Assembly: GCA_043826135.1 (NCBI GenBank)
Contig: JBDRQT010000059.1
Coordinates: 31,359-95,358 of the forward strand
Reading direction: 5' to 3'
DNA length: 64,000 bases
DNA from: an archaeon
GTDB taxonomy: Archaea; Nanobdellota; Nanobdellia; Woesearchaeales; GW2011-AR15
This document shows, one piece after another, positions 42,051 through 51,681 of this stretch (position 1 is its first letter; every line of letters starts with the position of its first letter). Under the pieces are notes generated by a model that was not told the DNA's origin, did no database searches, and was given only the letters and a program-made list of their open reading frames with translations. The position numbers and the translations under genes were made by a program.

Positions 42051-43172
42051 TTACATATAATAGCAGCCAGAAAGATTTCTTTGCTTTATTACTTCATCAG
42101 GATTCTCATAATTTAGGGCCAGTCTTTCTTGAGGACTCTTGATGTCGGCAATATTATAGTTGTAGGTTTTCAGCTGCCTGACGATATCTAGCTTTGGATC
42201 TACGTCATAACAGACAAGTCTGTTTCCAATATCAAGCATATTGAACAAACAGTTATTCACAGCTGAGTTGCTCAGCATGAAATGAAACCCTGCAGCCTCA
42301 TAAAAATGAGTTGTCATAAAATGATGATATGATTGGACAAATACTTTTTGCCTCAATTTTTGTTTGCATTTTTCCATGAATTCTCTCACAGATTGGCTTG
42401 CAGGCCTGAAACTGAAAGGATCCTTCCTAAGTTTCCCTTGTGTCTGGTTTACGAGAATAAGCCTATTCACATAGCTGAGCTGTCTAGTAACTGTGCCCAT
42501 AAAATCAGACGCCATTTTTTCCTGGAATTCCGACATGCTGTCCATTGGACCTGAACTGTGGTTAAATCCAGGTATTCCTCCTATAAGAGTTTCACCTGGC
42601 ATTATCGTGCTTCCAGCCAGATATCTTAGTTTTTTAATACGAGGGTCCTTGAATTTGGTCTGGAATTCCTGAAATGTTTCCCTGTAGTTTGAAAGCAACG
42701 CCAGGCTACGAATGTAAGGTTCAGGAATATCAAGCAAAAATGCCAGCTCTTTAAGAACATTATAATGAAGCGGAGACTCATATGTACCTATATTGAAATA
42801 AGTGTCAGTTATTTCCGAAAAACTAAGAAGCAATTTGAATAGATAATCATACCTATGGGATACGTATTCTTTTATAGTCTGAGCAAGCGCAGCATCATCT
42901 TTTATTCCCTGTGAGAATCCATCCTTTAGCTTTGCAAGACTGTCGAAGTCAGGGAAGAGTTCCGTAAGCATGGAATTTCTGTCAAGTGAAGCTTGAAACA
43001 GGGATTTGCTGAAACTGTAACCATATCCTTCTCTTATTTCATTCTCTCCAAGCACATCTCCATTTATAATGATAATATCAATCTTTAGCTCAAACTGTTT
43101 TTTTCTCAAATATTCCAGAATAAATTCTATATTAGATTTCGTATGGCTGTCAGATATGATTGCAAGCCTCAT
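42051..43172 (-). CDS. metallophosphoesterase-domain protein with long C-terminal extension
   Basis: 373 aa; MRLAIISDSH (DxH) and IIINGDVLGE (GD) calcineurin-like motifs at the N-terminus. Confidence 0.55.
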   Translation of the reverse strand: MRLAIISDSHTKSNIEFILEYLRKKQFELKIDIIIINGDVLGENEIREGYGYSFSKSLFQASLDRNSMLTELFPDFDSLAKLKDGFSQGIKDDAALAQTIKEYVSHRYDYLFKLLLSFSEITDTYFNIGTYESPLHYNVLKELAFLLDIPEPYIRSLALLSNYRETFQEFQTKFKDPRIKKLRYLAGSTIMPGETLIGGIPGFNHSSGPMDSMSEFQEKMASDFMGTVTRQLSYVNRLILVNQTQGKLRKDPFSFRPASQSVREFMEKCKQKLRQKVFVQSYHHFMTTHFYEAAGFHFMLSNSAVNNCLFNMLDIGNRLVCYDVDPKLDIVRQLKTYNYNIADIKSPQERLALNYENPDEVIKQRNLSGCYYM

Positions 43173-43262
43173 ATTACCCCCAGATATCAGTAATCAGATT
43201 GGCTTAAATAATTTGCGATGGTCCAAAAATATATAAAGCATCCGAGATTGAGTTAGTATTGC

Positions 43263-43880
43263 ATGAAAAAAACCATACTGCATGGTCTCAGCAGCAAATG
43301 GAAAGAGATTCTTATTAGTATTATAACGATAATTATTATTTATTTTCTTAGTATCTATTTTGCACACAGCATCATCGGTTATCTCAGACAATTTCATTTT
43401 TTTGAGCAAATATTCCAATATGTGTCTCAAGAGATCAGCAGGAAATCCTCAATTGGCCTTAGTCTTATGACTTTTCTGGCCAATCTGTTTTTCATTACCT
43501 ATCCAAGCGAGGTGCTTTTCTTCTTTTATGCTAAGGTAGGATATAGTGTTTTCTATATCTCGGCCATTATGATATTCTGGATGATGGTTGCCCAGGCAAT
43601 CAATTACGGCTGCGGCCTTCTGATTGAAAAAAAGATAATTGCTAAATTCATAAAGGATAATAAAAAGGAGTTTTCAGTGTCAATGAGAAGATATGATGTT
43701 CTTTTTATTGTGATAATCAGCTTGCTTCCGCTGCCCGGCGATCTCCTAAGCCTTTTTTTAGGGATGATACGCTATGATTTCAAGAAAATGATGCTATATA
43801 CTTTCATCGGAAAAGTCCTAAAATACCTGTTCCTGTCAATCTTAGTGCTGTTCTTTCATGGTATATGGTATTTTTTCTGA
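43263..43880 (+). CDS. DedA/VTT-like membrane protein
   Basis: 205 aa; 4-5 TM helices; YGCGLLIEKKIIAKFI...LLPLPGDLLSLFLGM resembles YqaA/DedA family loops. Confidence 0.4.
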   Translation: MKKTILHGLSSKWKEILISIITIIIIYFLSIYFAHSIIGYLRQFHFFEQIFQYVSQEISRKSSIGLSLMTFLANLFFITYPSEVLFFFYAKVGYSVFYISAIMIFWMMVAQAINYGCGLLIEKKIIAKFIKDNKKEFSVSMRRYDVLFIVIISLLPLPGDLLSLFLGMIRYDFKKMMLYTFIGKVLKYLFLSILVLFFHGIWYFF

Positions 43881-43922
43881 CAGGAATTCAATAATAAACT
43901 TTATAAACAATCGGTTTTTCTC

Positions 43923-44312
43923 ATGACTCTTATGGTACTTGATCAGCAAAAAAGTGTAAGGAAAGAAACTGGCGCCAGGTATAAGAGCCAGCATAGGAAA
44001 AAAAAGGAAGGGCTGGGGAGAAGCCCAACACTTACAAAAATTGATGCAAAGTCTGCTAAGAGAGCTATAAGGACAAGGGGCGGAAGCAATAAGCTTAGAG
44101 TTCTTAGAACAAATATTGTCAATCTTTATGACCCAAAGGCAAAGAAATTCATGAAAGCTATTGCAAGTATTGTGGTAGAAAATGTCGCTAACAGGCATTA
44201 TGTGAGAAGGAATATTATCACAAAGGGAACTGTCATTACGACAGATAAAGGAAATGCTAAAGTTACGTCAAGACCTGGTCAGGATGGCGTAATAAATGCG
44301 ACTTTGGTTTGA
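43923..44312 (+). CDS. rps8e: 30S ribosomal protein S8e
   Basis: RKETGARYKSQHRKKKEGLGRSPTLTKI...IRTRGGSNKLRVLR...VENVANRHYVRRNIITKG. Confidence 0.9.
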   Translation: MTLMVLDQQKSVRKETGARYKSQHRKKKEGLGRSPTLTKIDAKSAKRAIRTRGGSNKLRVLRTNIVNLYDPKAKKFMKAIASIVVENVANRHYVRRNIITKGTVITTDKGNAKVTSRPGQDGVINATLV

Positions 44313-44354
44313 TTCTCAGTTATATTTTTATATAGATTATGTTGAATAGGAAAT

Positions 44355-45275
44355 ATGCAGCATGATATTAGTCAGGTATCAGCATTGATTCTGGATCCGC
44401 AAGGAGATATAATGCAGCCAAGCAAGATTGTCTGGCTCGAGCAAGAATTAGGAAAATCAGGAATAGGGCTAAGGCATTTTACAGGGAAACAAATAATAAA
44501 CTATCTTCAACATAGACTCTATTCAAATCTTGATCCATTTGCGGTCATAGTCAATGATGATGGAAATACATCTACAAACTCCTTGGAGTCTATTGTACCT
44601 CTCGCAGCTCAGAGACTTTTTGATGGCTCCAACCTGTCTGCCAGGTTAATTTTGTATACTGGTGAAAGGCAGCATGCATATGCCAGATTTATGCACCTAG
44701 GTGCAGGATTCGGCGCACCTGATGAATTTGCATTTAGGACATCCTTAAATGTAATGCCTGACACTTTGCTTGATACCATCTTCAGGGCTCATGATGATGT
44801 GTACCAGGCAAGAATGCTTGAGCTTGGTGACTATTTCCAAGAGGTTATGTTCGGTGAGTCTCCTTCACTGTTGGTACCTAGTGCAAAAGATCTGCGCGTT
44901 CTCTCTGCCAAGAACAGGCACACATATCATCTTGTATCATCTGGACTGGATGGCCAAACTGTAAATTATTGCCACAGCAGCACCACGATCATGCATCCTG
45001 TCTTTCTCAGAGAAGTGGCTGGCAATATCTGCCTGACATGCTATGCTGCTGCAAACTTTGTATCCGCTGAAATAATGCCTGACCCTGGTCAACTTAGTAC
45101 CTATGAATTGCATGCACTCGCCTGGATCTACAAAAGAAGCCCATCATTAGGCATTGTTATTCCAGAACAATTCATTAATGATGCAAGAAGAAAGGCAAAA
45201 GCATTGCATCTTCAAGGTGAAACCATGCTTCCTGCACATAATGCTGTATATGATAACATGGCTGTGCTTGGATAG
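44355..45275 (+). CDS. hypothetical protein, no recognisable family
   Basis: 306 aa; Q/H/A/R/L-rich and K/I/N-poor relative to neighbours; hand-counted GC about 42-50% in sampled 60-nt lines versus about 37% in the flanking dph6-like gene. Confidence 0.55.
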   Translation: MQHDISQVSALILDPQGDIMQPSKIVWLEQELGKSGIGLRHFTGKQIINYLQHRLYSNLDPFAVIVNDDGNTSTNSLESIVPLAAQRLFDGSNLSARLILYTGERQHAYARFMHLGAGFGAPDEFAFRTSLNVMPDTLLDTIFRAHDDVYQARMLELGDYFQEVMFGESPSLLVPSAKDLRVLSAKNRHTYHLVSSGLDGQTVNYCHSSTTIMHPVFLREVAGNICLTCYAAANFVSAEIMPDPGQLSTYELHALAWIYKRSPSLGIVIPEQFINDARRKAKALHLQGETMLPAHNAVYDNMAVLG

Positions 45276-45305
45276 TTTTATATTTTAATTTAGTATCCCT
45301 GTATC

Positions 45306-46277
45306 ATGGCGAATAAACTTATAGATTTTTCAAGTTCAGTTGTACCTGCGCATTTTTCTGAATTAGAAAGGATGCTGCAAGCTTCAGGAGTAGATTCCGT
45401 CAATATTCTGGTTGTATCTGAACCTCTTCCAGGATTCAGCACAAGAAGGTCATATAGCTTTGCCACTCACCAAGGTTCTAGGGAACTTGCATATCATCTA
45501 AAAGAACTGGGCAAGGAAGCGCCTGTCCTGATTGTCATTGAAGACAAAAGAGATGGTAGCCAGCATATCCAGCAAAAACTGAAAGGCGCTGCACTAGATC
45601 ATTTGCTTGATAGAATAAATTTTAAATCCAAATACATCCCACTACCTATCCAAAGACTTAGAAGGCAACTTGCACATACCAAAAAAATCATGTTGAGTGC
45701 TGTTGAAGACTCAATATATCATCTCCAAGTTCATAATAACCTTGTCGATGGTGTGGCAAATTCTTTTGGATTTCCGGGTGCCTGGATGCTTCATTATAAT
45801 CCAAACCCGAAATTTGGATTCTATGTTATGAAAATTGAACCTATTCCAATACTTGAGCAATGCTTTACTTGCCCATATGGACTATTTGAAAACATACAAC
45901 AAGCGACTGGCAATTATGAAGGTGTTGAAGCGATGATTGCAAAATCAATGAGAGTCGATGCTGAATCCAGCAGAAGACAACCTCCTGAGCTATGCCCAAG
46001 ACAATGGATTCCTGACACAGTGATGCCTCTATATGCTGAGGGTCAACCAGACCCTTGTCCAAGGTTTTTCGGAAAGCCGCCTGTTTATGGTGGAGAAGTC
46101 TACAAAGATAGGTTTGCATCTATCAGAGTTCCCTTGACTGGTTTGAGATTTGAAGCTCAAGAAATCCCATTTGGCCAATCTGAAATGGCTCCAATGAACA
46201 TAGTTGTTCCCCAGGGTAAACTCAGGATGCGACCCGGAGATAAATTGTTTGTAGGCAAGCCATTCTGGATATATTAG
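45306..46277 (+). CDS. hypothetical protein, no recognisable family
   Basis: 323 aa; same atypical composition; Pro/Cys-containing C-terminal half (CFTCPYG...ELCPRQW...DPCPRFFGKPPVYGG). Confidence 0.55.
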   Translation: MANKLIDFSSSVVPAHFSELERMLQASGVDSVNILVVSEPLPGFSTRRSYSFATHQGSRELAYHLKELGKEAPVLIVIEDKRDGSQHIQQKLKGAALDHLLDRINFKSKYIPLPIQRLRRQLAHTKKIMLSAVEDSIYHLQVHNNLVDGVANSFGFPGAWMLHYNPNPKFGFYVMKIEPIPILEQCFTCPYGLFENIQQATGNYEGVEAMIAKSMRVDAESSRRQPPELCPRQWIPDTVMPLYAEGQPDPCPRFFGKPPVYGGEVYKDRFASIRVPLTGLRFEAQEIPFGQSEMAPMNIVVPQGKLRMRPGDKLFVGKPFWIY

Positions 46278-46356
46278 CTGTGCCAAGCTTTCAAAGCCTT
46301 TATACATTGCTAACCCTAGGATATATTTATAAAAAAATGCATCCTACAAATTATTC

Positions 46357-47031
46357 ATGAAACTTGCGGTTTTGTTCTCAGGAGGAAAAGATTCTACTTA
46401 TGCTCTTTCCAAAGCTATGAATTTCCATGAGATTGAATGCCTCATAACTGTTGTTTCAGAAAACAAAGAGAGCTATATGTTCCACACGCCAAACATCAAT
46501 CTGACTGAATTGCAGGCAGAATCTATGGGAATCCCATTGATATCAGCGAAGACAAAAGGCAAAAAAGAAGAAGAACTAAAGGATCTGAGGGATGCCATAG
46601 TTCAGGCAAAAGCATTATTTAATATAGAGGGTATCGTCACTGGCGCGATTGAATCAGTATATCAGGCCGCAAGGATTCAAATAATATGTGATGATCTGAA
46701 TATTTGGTGCTTTAATCCTTTATGGCAGATTGATCAGGTTAAGCTGCTTCATGAGCTCATTGAAAATAGGTTTGAAGTAATCATTTCAGGTGTATTTGCC
46801 TATCCTTTTGATGAATCCTGGCTCGGTCGGAAAATAGATGACAAGACAATAAAAGAGCTTATTTTGCTTCAGAAGAAATATTCAATAAACCCATCTGGCG
46901 AAGGTGGAGAAATCGAGACCCTAGTATTAAATTGTCCACTTTTTAAAAAAAGGCTAGAAATAGTCAAAGCGCAAAAGATGTATGCAAATCATTCAGGGAT
47001 TATTGATATAATGGAGGCAAGACTGATATGA
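46357..47031 (+). CDS. Dph6/MJ0570-type PP-loop ATP pyrophosphatase (diphthine-ammonia ligase-like)
   Basis: MKLAVLFSGGKDSTYAL (SGGKDS PP-loop), YMFHTPN, GAIESVYQ, PSGEGGEIETLVL signatures. Confidence 0.75.
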   Translation: MKLAVLFSGGKDSTYALSKAMNFHEIECLITVVSENKESYMFHTPNINLTELQAESMGIPLISAKTKGKKEEELKDLRDAIVQAKALFNIEGIVTGAIESVYQAARIQIICDDLNIWCFNPLWQIDQVKLLHELIENRFEVIISGVFAYPFDESWLGRKIDDKTIKELILLQKKYSINPSGEGGEIETLVLNCPLFKKRLEIVKAQKMYANHSGIIDIMEARLI

Positions 47032-47573
47032 TTCTTCTAATTAGTACATGCGCTGAAAAGCTAAGCGAAGAAGAATTTGTCAGTCCTATCGCGAATATTG
47101 TCGGAAAGGATTATTTTGTTATGCATTATTCTAAAATCACTGCAACTAATATCAAAAAATATGAAAAGATAATCATTTGCGGAACTGCTCTTGCAGACTA
47201 TGAATATTTTGATCATCTTGATAAATTCGGATTTCTAAAAGAAACAATTGCTTCTGTTCTTGGGATATGTTCTGGTATGCAAATCATTTGTTCATTATTC
47301 AGTGCAAAGATTGTAAAGTCAAAAGAGATAGGTATGATTGATATCGAAGTTAGCAGGAAGAATTCACTTTTCTCAAAGGATTTTCAGGCGTATGCGCTTC
47401 ACGGAAATTCTGTTGCAGGGCTAGATTCATTTGAGATACTTGCAAGATCTGAAAAATGCATTGAAGCAGTTAAACTTAAGGGAAAAGAAATTTTTGGAAT
47501 TTTATTCCATCCTGAAGTCCGCAATGCTCACATAATCGAAAACTTCCTGTTGGGTTCAACCAAACCTATTTAA
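47028..47573 (+). CDS. stand-alone class I glutamine amidotransferase (GuaA-subunit-A-like)
   Basis: 181 aa; GICSGMQII (nucleophile Cys) and FHPEV (His-Glu); ATGA overlap with the PP-loop gene. Confidence 0.7.
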   Translation: MILLISTCAEKLSEEEFVSPIANIVGKDYFVMHYSKITATNIKKYEKIIICGTALADYEYFDHLDKFGFLKETIASVLGICSGMQIICSLFSAKIVKSKEIGMIDIEVSRKNSLFSKDFQAYALHGNSVAGLDSFEILARSEKCIEAVKLKGKEIFGILFHPEVRNAHIIENFLLGSTKPI

Positions 47574-47606
47574 AGAAATTCATATATTCTCTATACGGGT
47601 GATTCT

Positions 47607-48179
47607 ATGGTAAAGATTGGTGAAGAAATTCCAGACATGAAATTTGATGTATTTCACAACAATGATTTTAAGAATTTAGGATTCTCAGCTTTCAAGAGAA
47701 AGTGGCTTGTCTTGATGTTTTATCCTGCAGATTTCACATTTGTCTGCCCAACTGAGCTTGAGGAAGCAGCAGAGAACTACGAGAAATTTAAAGCTCTGAA
47801 TGCTGAAATTATCAGTATTAGCACTGATACAAAATTTTCGCATTTTGCATGGCATGAATCTTCCAAGGCAATTGCCAAGATCAAATATCCTATGGCAGCT
47901 GACCCGACTGGAAAAATATGCAAGGAATTCGGAACATATATTGAAGCTGGCGAGGATGCAGGGCTCTCACTAAGAGGTACATTCATCGTTAGTCCGGATG
48001 GAGTTTTGAAAGCAATGGATATACATGATAACAGCATTGGCAGAAGCGCTGAGGAGATACTCAGGAAGCTGGAAGCTGCAGTATATGTTAGCGGTCATGA
48101 AGGCGAGGTGTGTCCTGCCAGCTGGAAACCAGGAAAACAGACACTCAAACCTGGCGCTGCATTAGTCGGAAAAATTTAA
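47607..48179 (+). CDS. 2-Cys peroxiredoxin (AhpC/Prx)
   Basis: FYPADFTFVCPTEL peroxidatic Cys motif and resolving C in GEVCPASW; GGGTGAT SD. Confidence 0.9.
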   Translation: MVKIGEEIPDMKFDVFHNNDFKNLGFSAFKRKWLVLMFYPADFTFVCPTELEEAAENYEKFKALNAEIISISTDTKFSHFAWHESSKAIAKIKYPMAADPTGKICKEFGTYIEAGEDAGLSLRGTFIVSPDGVLKAMDIHDNSIGRSAEEILRKLEAAVYVSGHEGEVCPASWKPGKQTLKPGAALVGKI

Positions 48180-48239
48180 TTTTTTTATAAGCACAAGATT
48201 TAAATAAGGACTATATATAATTTGTAGTAGGTGATAGTT

Positions 48240-48731
48240 ATGAACATAAGCAAAAAGATACAAGAAGTAATGAACAAACAAATTAACCATGAATTTTATT
48301 CTGCATATCTATATTTAGGTATGGCAGCATATTTTGAGAACCAGAACCTCAAAGGCTTTGCCAACTGGATGAAGAAACAGGCTCAGGAAGAGATGACTCA
48401 TGGAATGAAGTTCTTTAATTTCATAAATGAAAGAAATGGAGAAGTTTCATTGGAAATGGTTGCAAAGCCTGCTGGCAAGTGGAAATCCCCACTGCAGGTG
48501 TTTGAAGAAGCGTACGCGCATGAACTAAAGGTAACCGAACTCATCTATAATATTGTAGCACTGGCGACTGCTGAAAAAGATTATGCATCCAAAAGCTTCC
48601 TGAAATGGTTTGTTGACGAACAAGTCGAAGAAGAAGCAAATGCATCAGAAATTGTCCATAAATTGAAGCTTGCAGGCGACAGCAAAGGTGCACTAATCAT
48701 GCTTGACAGGGAGCTTGGTGCAAGACAATAA
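48240..48731 (+). CDS. ftn: ferritin (non-haem)
   Basis: QINHEFYSAYLYLGMAAYF, QEEMTHGMKF, EEEANAS ferroxidase ligand pattern; start set to the ATG 6 nt after AGGTGA (the ORF-track GTG at 48231 lies inside the SD). Confidence 0.88.
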   Translation: MNISKKIQEVMNKQINHEFYSAYLYLGMAAYFENQNLKGFANWMKKQAQEEMTHGMKFFNFINERNGEVSLEMVAKPAGKWKSPLQVFEEAYAHELKVTELIYNIVALATAEKDYASKSFLKWFVDEQVEEEANASEIVHKLKLAGDSKGALIMLDRELGARQ

Positions 48732-48732
48732 T

Positions 48733-49215
48733 TTATTTTATTTTTCTTTGACAAAGCATTAATTTTTCTGACAGGCTATTGATTGAATACAGAAGCACCA
48801 ATATACCAATTACCTTAAGTTCAATCCCGAAGAAAGGCAGTGAGGCGATAACTGTTGCTAATCCAAAATATGAAGCGATTGTGATTCCGCATGCAGGGCA
48901 CCCGCTCACGACAATACCCAGAATTGCACCAATAGAAGTGCCATGCGCATCTTTGGCGCTGAATGTTGCAGAATCGTTGAGCTTGAAATATAGCAGTCCA
49001 ACATTGATTCCAAAAAGTGCAGATAATATAATCTGGGAAATTATTTGTGAATAAGCAATCAGAGCGCCCATGTTCCAGTATATCTGTTCAAAATGTGTGA
49101 AGGTAAACATCAGTGCTCCAATCAGTAGTGCAGAAATAAGGGACACAAACCATGTGGAGGATTTTTTGTATGCTTCTTTAATATTTGAGAAATTCATAAA
49201 ATACTGGAAGAACAT
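48733..49215 (-). CDS. membrane protein with SGCPACG motif
   Basis: 160 aa; 4 TM helices; a Cys pair inside a helix (VVSGCPACGITIASYF). Confidence 0.45.
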   Translation of the reverse strand: MFFQYFMNFSNIKEAYKKSSTWFVSLISALLIGALMFTFTHFEQIYWNMGALIAYSQIISQIILSALFGINVGLLYFKLNDSATFSAKDAHGTSIGAILGIVVSGCPACGITIASYFGLATVIASLPFFGIELKVIGILVLLYSINSLSEKLMLCQRKIK

Positions 49216-49282
49216 GTCACTTATATACTAACACATTAAGGTTTCAATCAATTTATATACTCATTTTGATTGAATTATATCA

Positions 49283-49699
49283 ATGGACATCATAATTATT
49301 ATTTTAATCGTTATTGTTTTCATAGTTGGATTCTGGCTCGGAAAGATGCTTACCCATGTAGAGTGGAAACTCAAACTTCCAGGACTAAGAAAAGAGGCTG
49401 TTGAAAAATCAAGAAGCGTTTTAACAGGTAATTTTTCAGAGCAGCTTGCGCCATATCTCCCTGATTTTCCCTTCTCACCGACTGAATGCAGATTTCTGGG
49501 AAAGCCTATTGATCTGATTGTATTCAAAGGCATGGACGAAAAGGAACCAAATGAAGTTGTATTTGTAGAAATAAAAACAGGCAAATCAAACCTGTCGTCT
49601 TCTGAGAGAAAACTCAGGGATATAATTAAAGATAAAAAAGTGTCATGGTATGAATATAGGCCTAGCTCATCTCAAGAACAATCTTCGCAGCAGCGCTAG
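49283..49699 (+). CDS. membrane-anchored endonuclease related to archaeal Holliday-junction resolvase (COG4741-like)
   Basis: 138 aa; N-terminal TM helix; PD-(D/E)xK-like core GKPIDLIVF...VVFVEIKTGKSNLSSSERKLRDII. Confidence 0.55.
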   Translation: MDIIIIILIVIVFIVGFWLGKMLTHVEWKLKLPGLRKEAVEKSRSVLTGNFSEQLAPYLPDFPFSPTECRFLGKPIDLIVFKGMDEKEPNEVVFVEIKTGKSNLSSSERKLRDIIKDKKVSWYEYRPSSSQEQSSQQR

Positions 49700-50444
49700 A
49701 TGTTATATCATTGAGGTCTTTATCTGGATTCACTTCTACTATATCCCACATCATTATATTTTTTAGGTTCTTTAGTCTCTGCACAAAATACAGTAGCTCC
49801 CTTGTTGTCATCCCTCCTGGTTCAAGATAACCTGTACCAGGAGCAAATGCCGGGTCAAGAACATCAATATCCACTGAAATATATAAACCACTGAAATTTT
49901 TAGCAACCGACATCACTGCATCCGCAATTTCACTTTTGCCTTCCTTTGCAATCTCTGCCATGGTGAAAACTTTGATCCTGTTTTTTTTCCAGAACTCTAG
50001 CTCATTCTGGTGGAAATTCCTCACACCTACAACAATCACATTTTCTCTTTTTAAAATTCCATCACTAACCAGCATCCTCAGATAATCTTCATGCGTCGGC
50101 GGGCTGAAATCATTTTCCGCATCAAGATGCGCATCAAATACCAGAAGGCCTGGGTTTTCATGCATTTTTGAAAAGGCCTTGAATGCTGGATATGTGAGCG
50201 AGTGATCTCCTCCCACTAAAATAGCAGGGCTACTCATTTCACTCACTTTCTTATAAATAGCGTCATGGCAACCTTCCAAATCAGAATTATCTAATTTTAG
50301 CTCTTCAATTGTATGAAATGGCAAAACACCTGATTCTTTCAAAAAGAAATTTTTTAGGTTGTCAATGATTTTGTCGGGTGACTTCTCCTGGCCTGATTTC
50401 TTCGATAATGCACCAGCATTCAGAGGGATTTTTACTATTTTCAT
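49662..50444 (-). CDS. arginase/agmatinase-family ureohydrolase
   Basis: GGDHSLTYP, VFDAHLD, SVDIDVLDPAFAPGTG Mn-binding motifs. Confidence 0.85.
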   Translation of the reverse strand: MKIVKIPLNAGALSKKSGQEKSPDKIIDNLKNFFLKESGVLPFHTIEELKLDNSDLEGCHDAIYKKVSEMSSPAILVGGDHSLTYPAFKAFSKMHENPGLLVFDAHLDAENDFSPPTHEDYLRMLVSDGILKRENVIVVGVRNFHQNELEFWKKNRIKVFTMAEIAKEGKSEIADAVMSVAKNFSGLYISVDIDVLDPAFAPGTGYLEPGGMTTRELLYFVQRLKNLKNIMMWDIVEVNPDKDLNDITSSAAAKIVLEMS

Positions 50445-50465
50445 GATATTAAAAGAAAGAAAAGC

Positions 50466-50987
50466 TTATTTATTAATATAGAGGAGTATCAATACTGTAA
50501 TTATTATCAGCTGCATCATAATGACTATCGGAAACCATCTTAGATGCGAATTCTGGTAATAGATCTCATTTAGTTTCTTGAGAATATCTGATTTCGTGAC
50601 AAATCCCACCACCTCCTTTCCCTGCATTATTGGGAATTTTCCTACACCAAGCCGTTTCATAAGTAAGGATGTTTCTCCGATGCTGGTTTCCGGAGAAATG
50701 GTCTTTAATTTTTTGCTCATTATCTCTTTAAGTGAGACATCTTTGAGATTTTTTGATTTATGGATAACCTTGCGCATGACATCACCGTCACTGACAAGGC
50801 CCACTGGATTTCCTGAACTGTCAACAACTAGGACGCTCGAGATTTTTTTTAGAGCCATGATATTTACTGCATGCTCTACACTTGCCTCCTGCTTCATCGT
50901 CACTGGTGACTTTGTCATAATTTCAGTTATTGGTATATCTGTGATCATCTTGTCAATGCTCTGGAATACACTATATTTTTTTGCCAT
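50466..50987 (-). CDS. CBS-pair protein with C-terminal TM helix
   Basis: 173 aa; two CBS repeats (IMTKSPVTM...VVDSSGNPVGLVSDGDVMRKV; IMSKKLKTI...PIMQGKEVVGFVTKSDILKKL) plus a hydrophobic tail. Confidence 0.7.
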   Translation of the reverse strand: MAKKYSVFQSIDKMITDIPITEIMTKSPVTMKQEASVEHAVNIMALKKISSVLVVDSSGNPVGLVSDGDVMRKVIHKSKNLKDVSLKEIMSKKLKTISPETSIGETSLLMKRLGVGKFPIMQGKEVVGFVTKSDILKKLNEIYYQNSHLRWFPIVIMMQLIIITVLILLYINK

Positions 50988-51001
50988 TTTTTTCCTCCTC
51001 T

Positions 51002-51577
51002 TTAAATTAATGGTGAGACAACAATATAAATTACCTGCATAAGCTGCAGCGTTATGAAAATATGAAATAAACCTTCAACATAGCCATGCATGAAATTTTC
51101 AAGCATATCAGGGTTGATCTGATTGAACAAAAAAAAACCTATGTTACTTCTGATGACCATAACAATAATAAATGCGATATAAAAACTGAAACCTAAACTT
51201 TTGAATAAATCCGCAAGGACCGCAGAAAGCGCCATCAGAAGAGCGCTGGTAATTGAAGTCAATTTAATCAAGGAGACTCTAAAAAAACTGTACATCCCGA
51301 GCCCGAGTCCAAATAAAAGTCCAATTTTCCAACCATACAGGTATCCGATCAAAATGGAACTTGGTGTTATTGTTTCAACATTGATATGCGGAACAATCCT
51401 TGATATCTTCTGGGTCTCGACACCCATCACAGTGAAAATTGCTGTCAGCACTATCAGGATTACATACCTATTGAACAAAATCATTGCAATGCCTGCAAGA
51501 ATTATGAGTTTGAAATTTTTACGCAGAAATGTCACTAGATTGAATTTTTTAGTCTCAGATCTCTGCGGTCCTATCAC
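51002..51577 (-). CDS. polytopic membrane protein, unknown
   Basis: 191 aa, 5-6 hydrophobic helices. Confidence 0.45.
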   Translation of the reverse strand: MIGPQRSETKKFNLVTFLRKNFKLIILAGIAMILFNRYVILIVLTAIFTVMGVETQKISRIVPHINVETITPSSILIGYLYGWKIGLLFGLGLGMYSFFRVSLIKLTSITSALLMALSAVLADLFKSLGFSFYIAFIIVMVIRSNIGFFLFNQINPDMLENFMHGYVEGLFHIFITLQLMQVIYIVVSPLI

Positions 51578-51681
51578 TATAATTGCGATAAGATGGATGT
51601 ATTAATAGTTTTCTATGTTATTTCTCCTGGTAAGAGCGCTTAGTAAGCTTTATATACTTGAGTTTTTTGCTTAAGAGTTGA

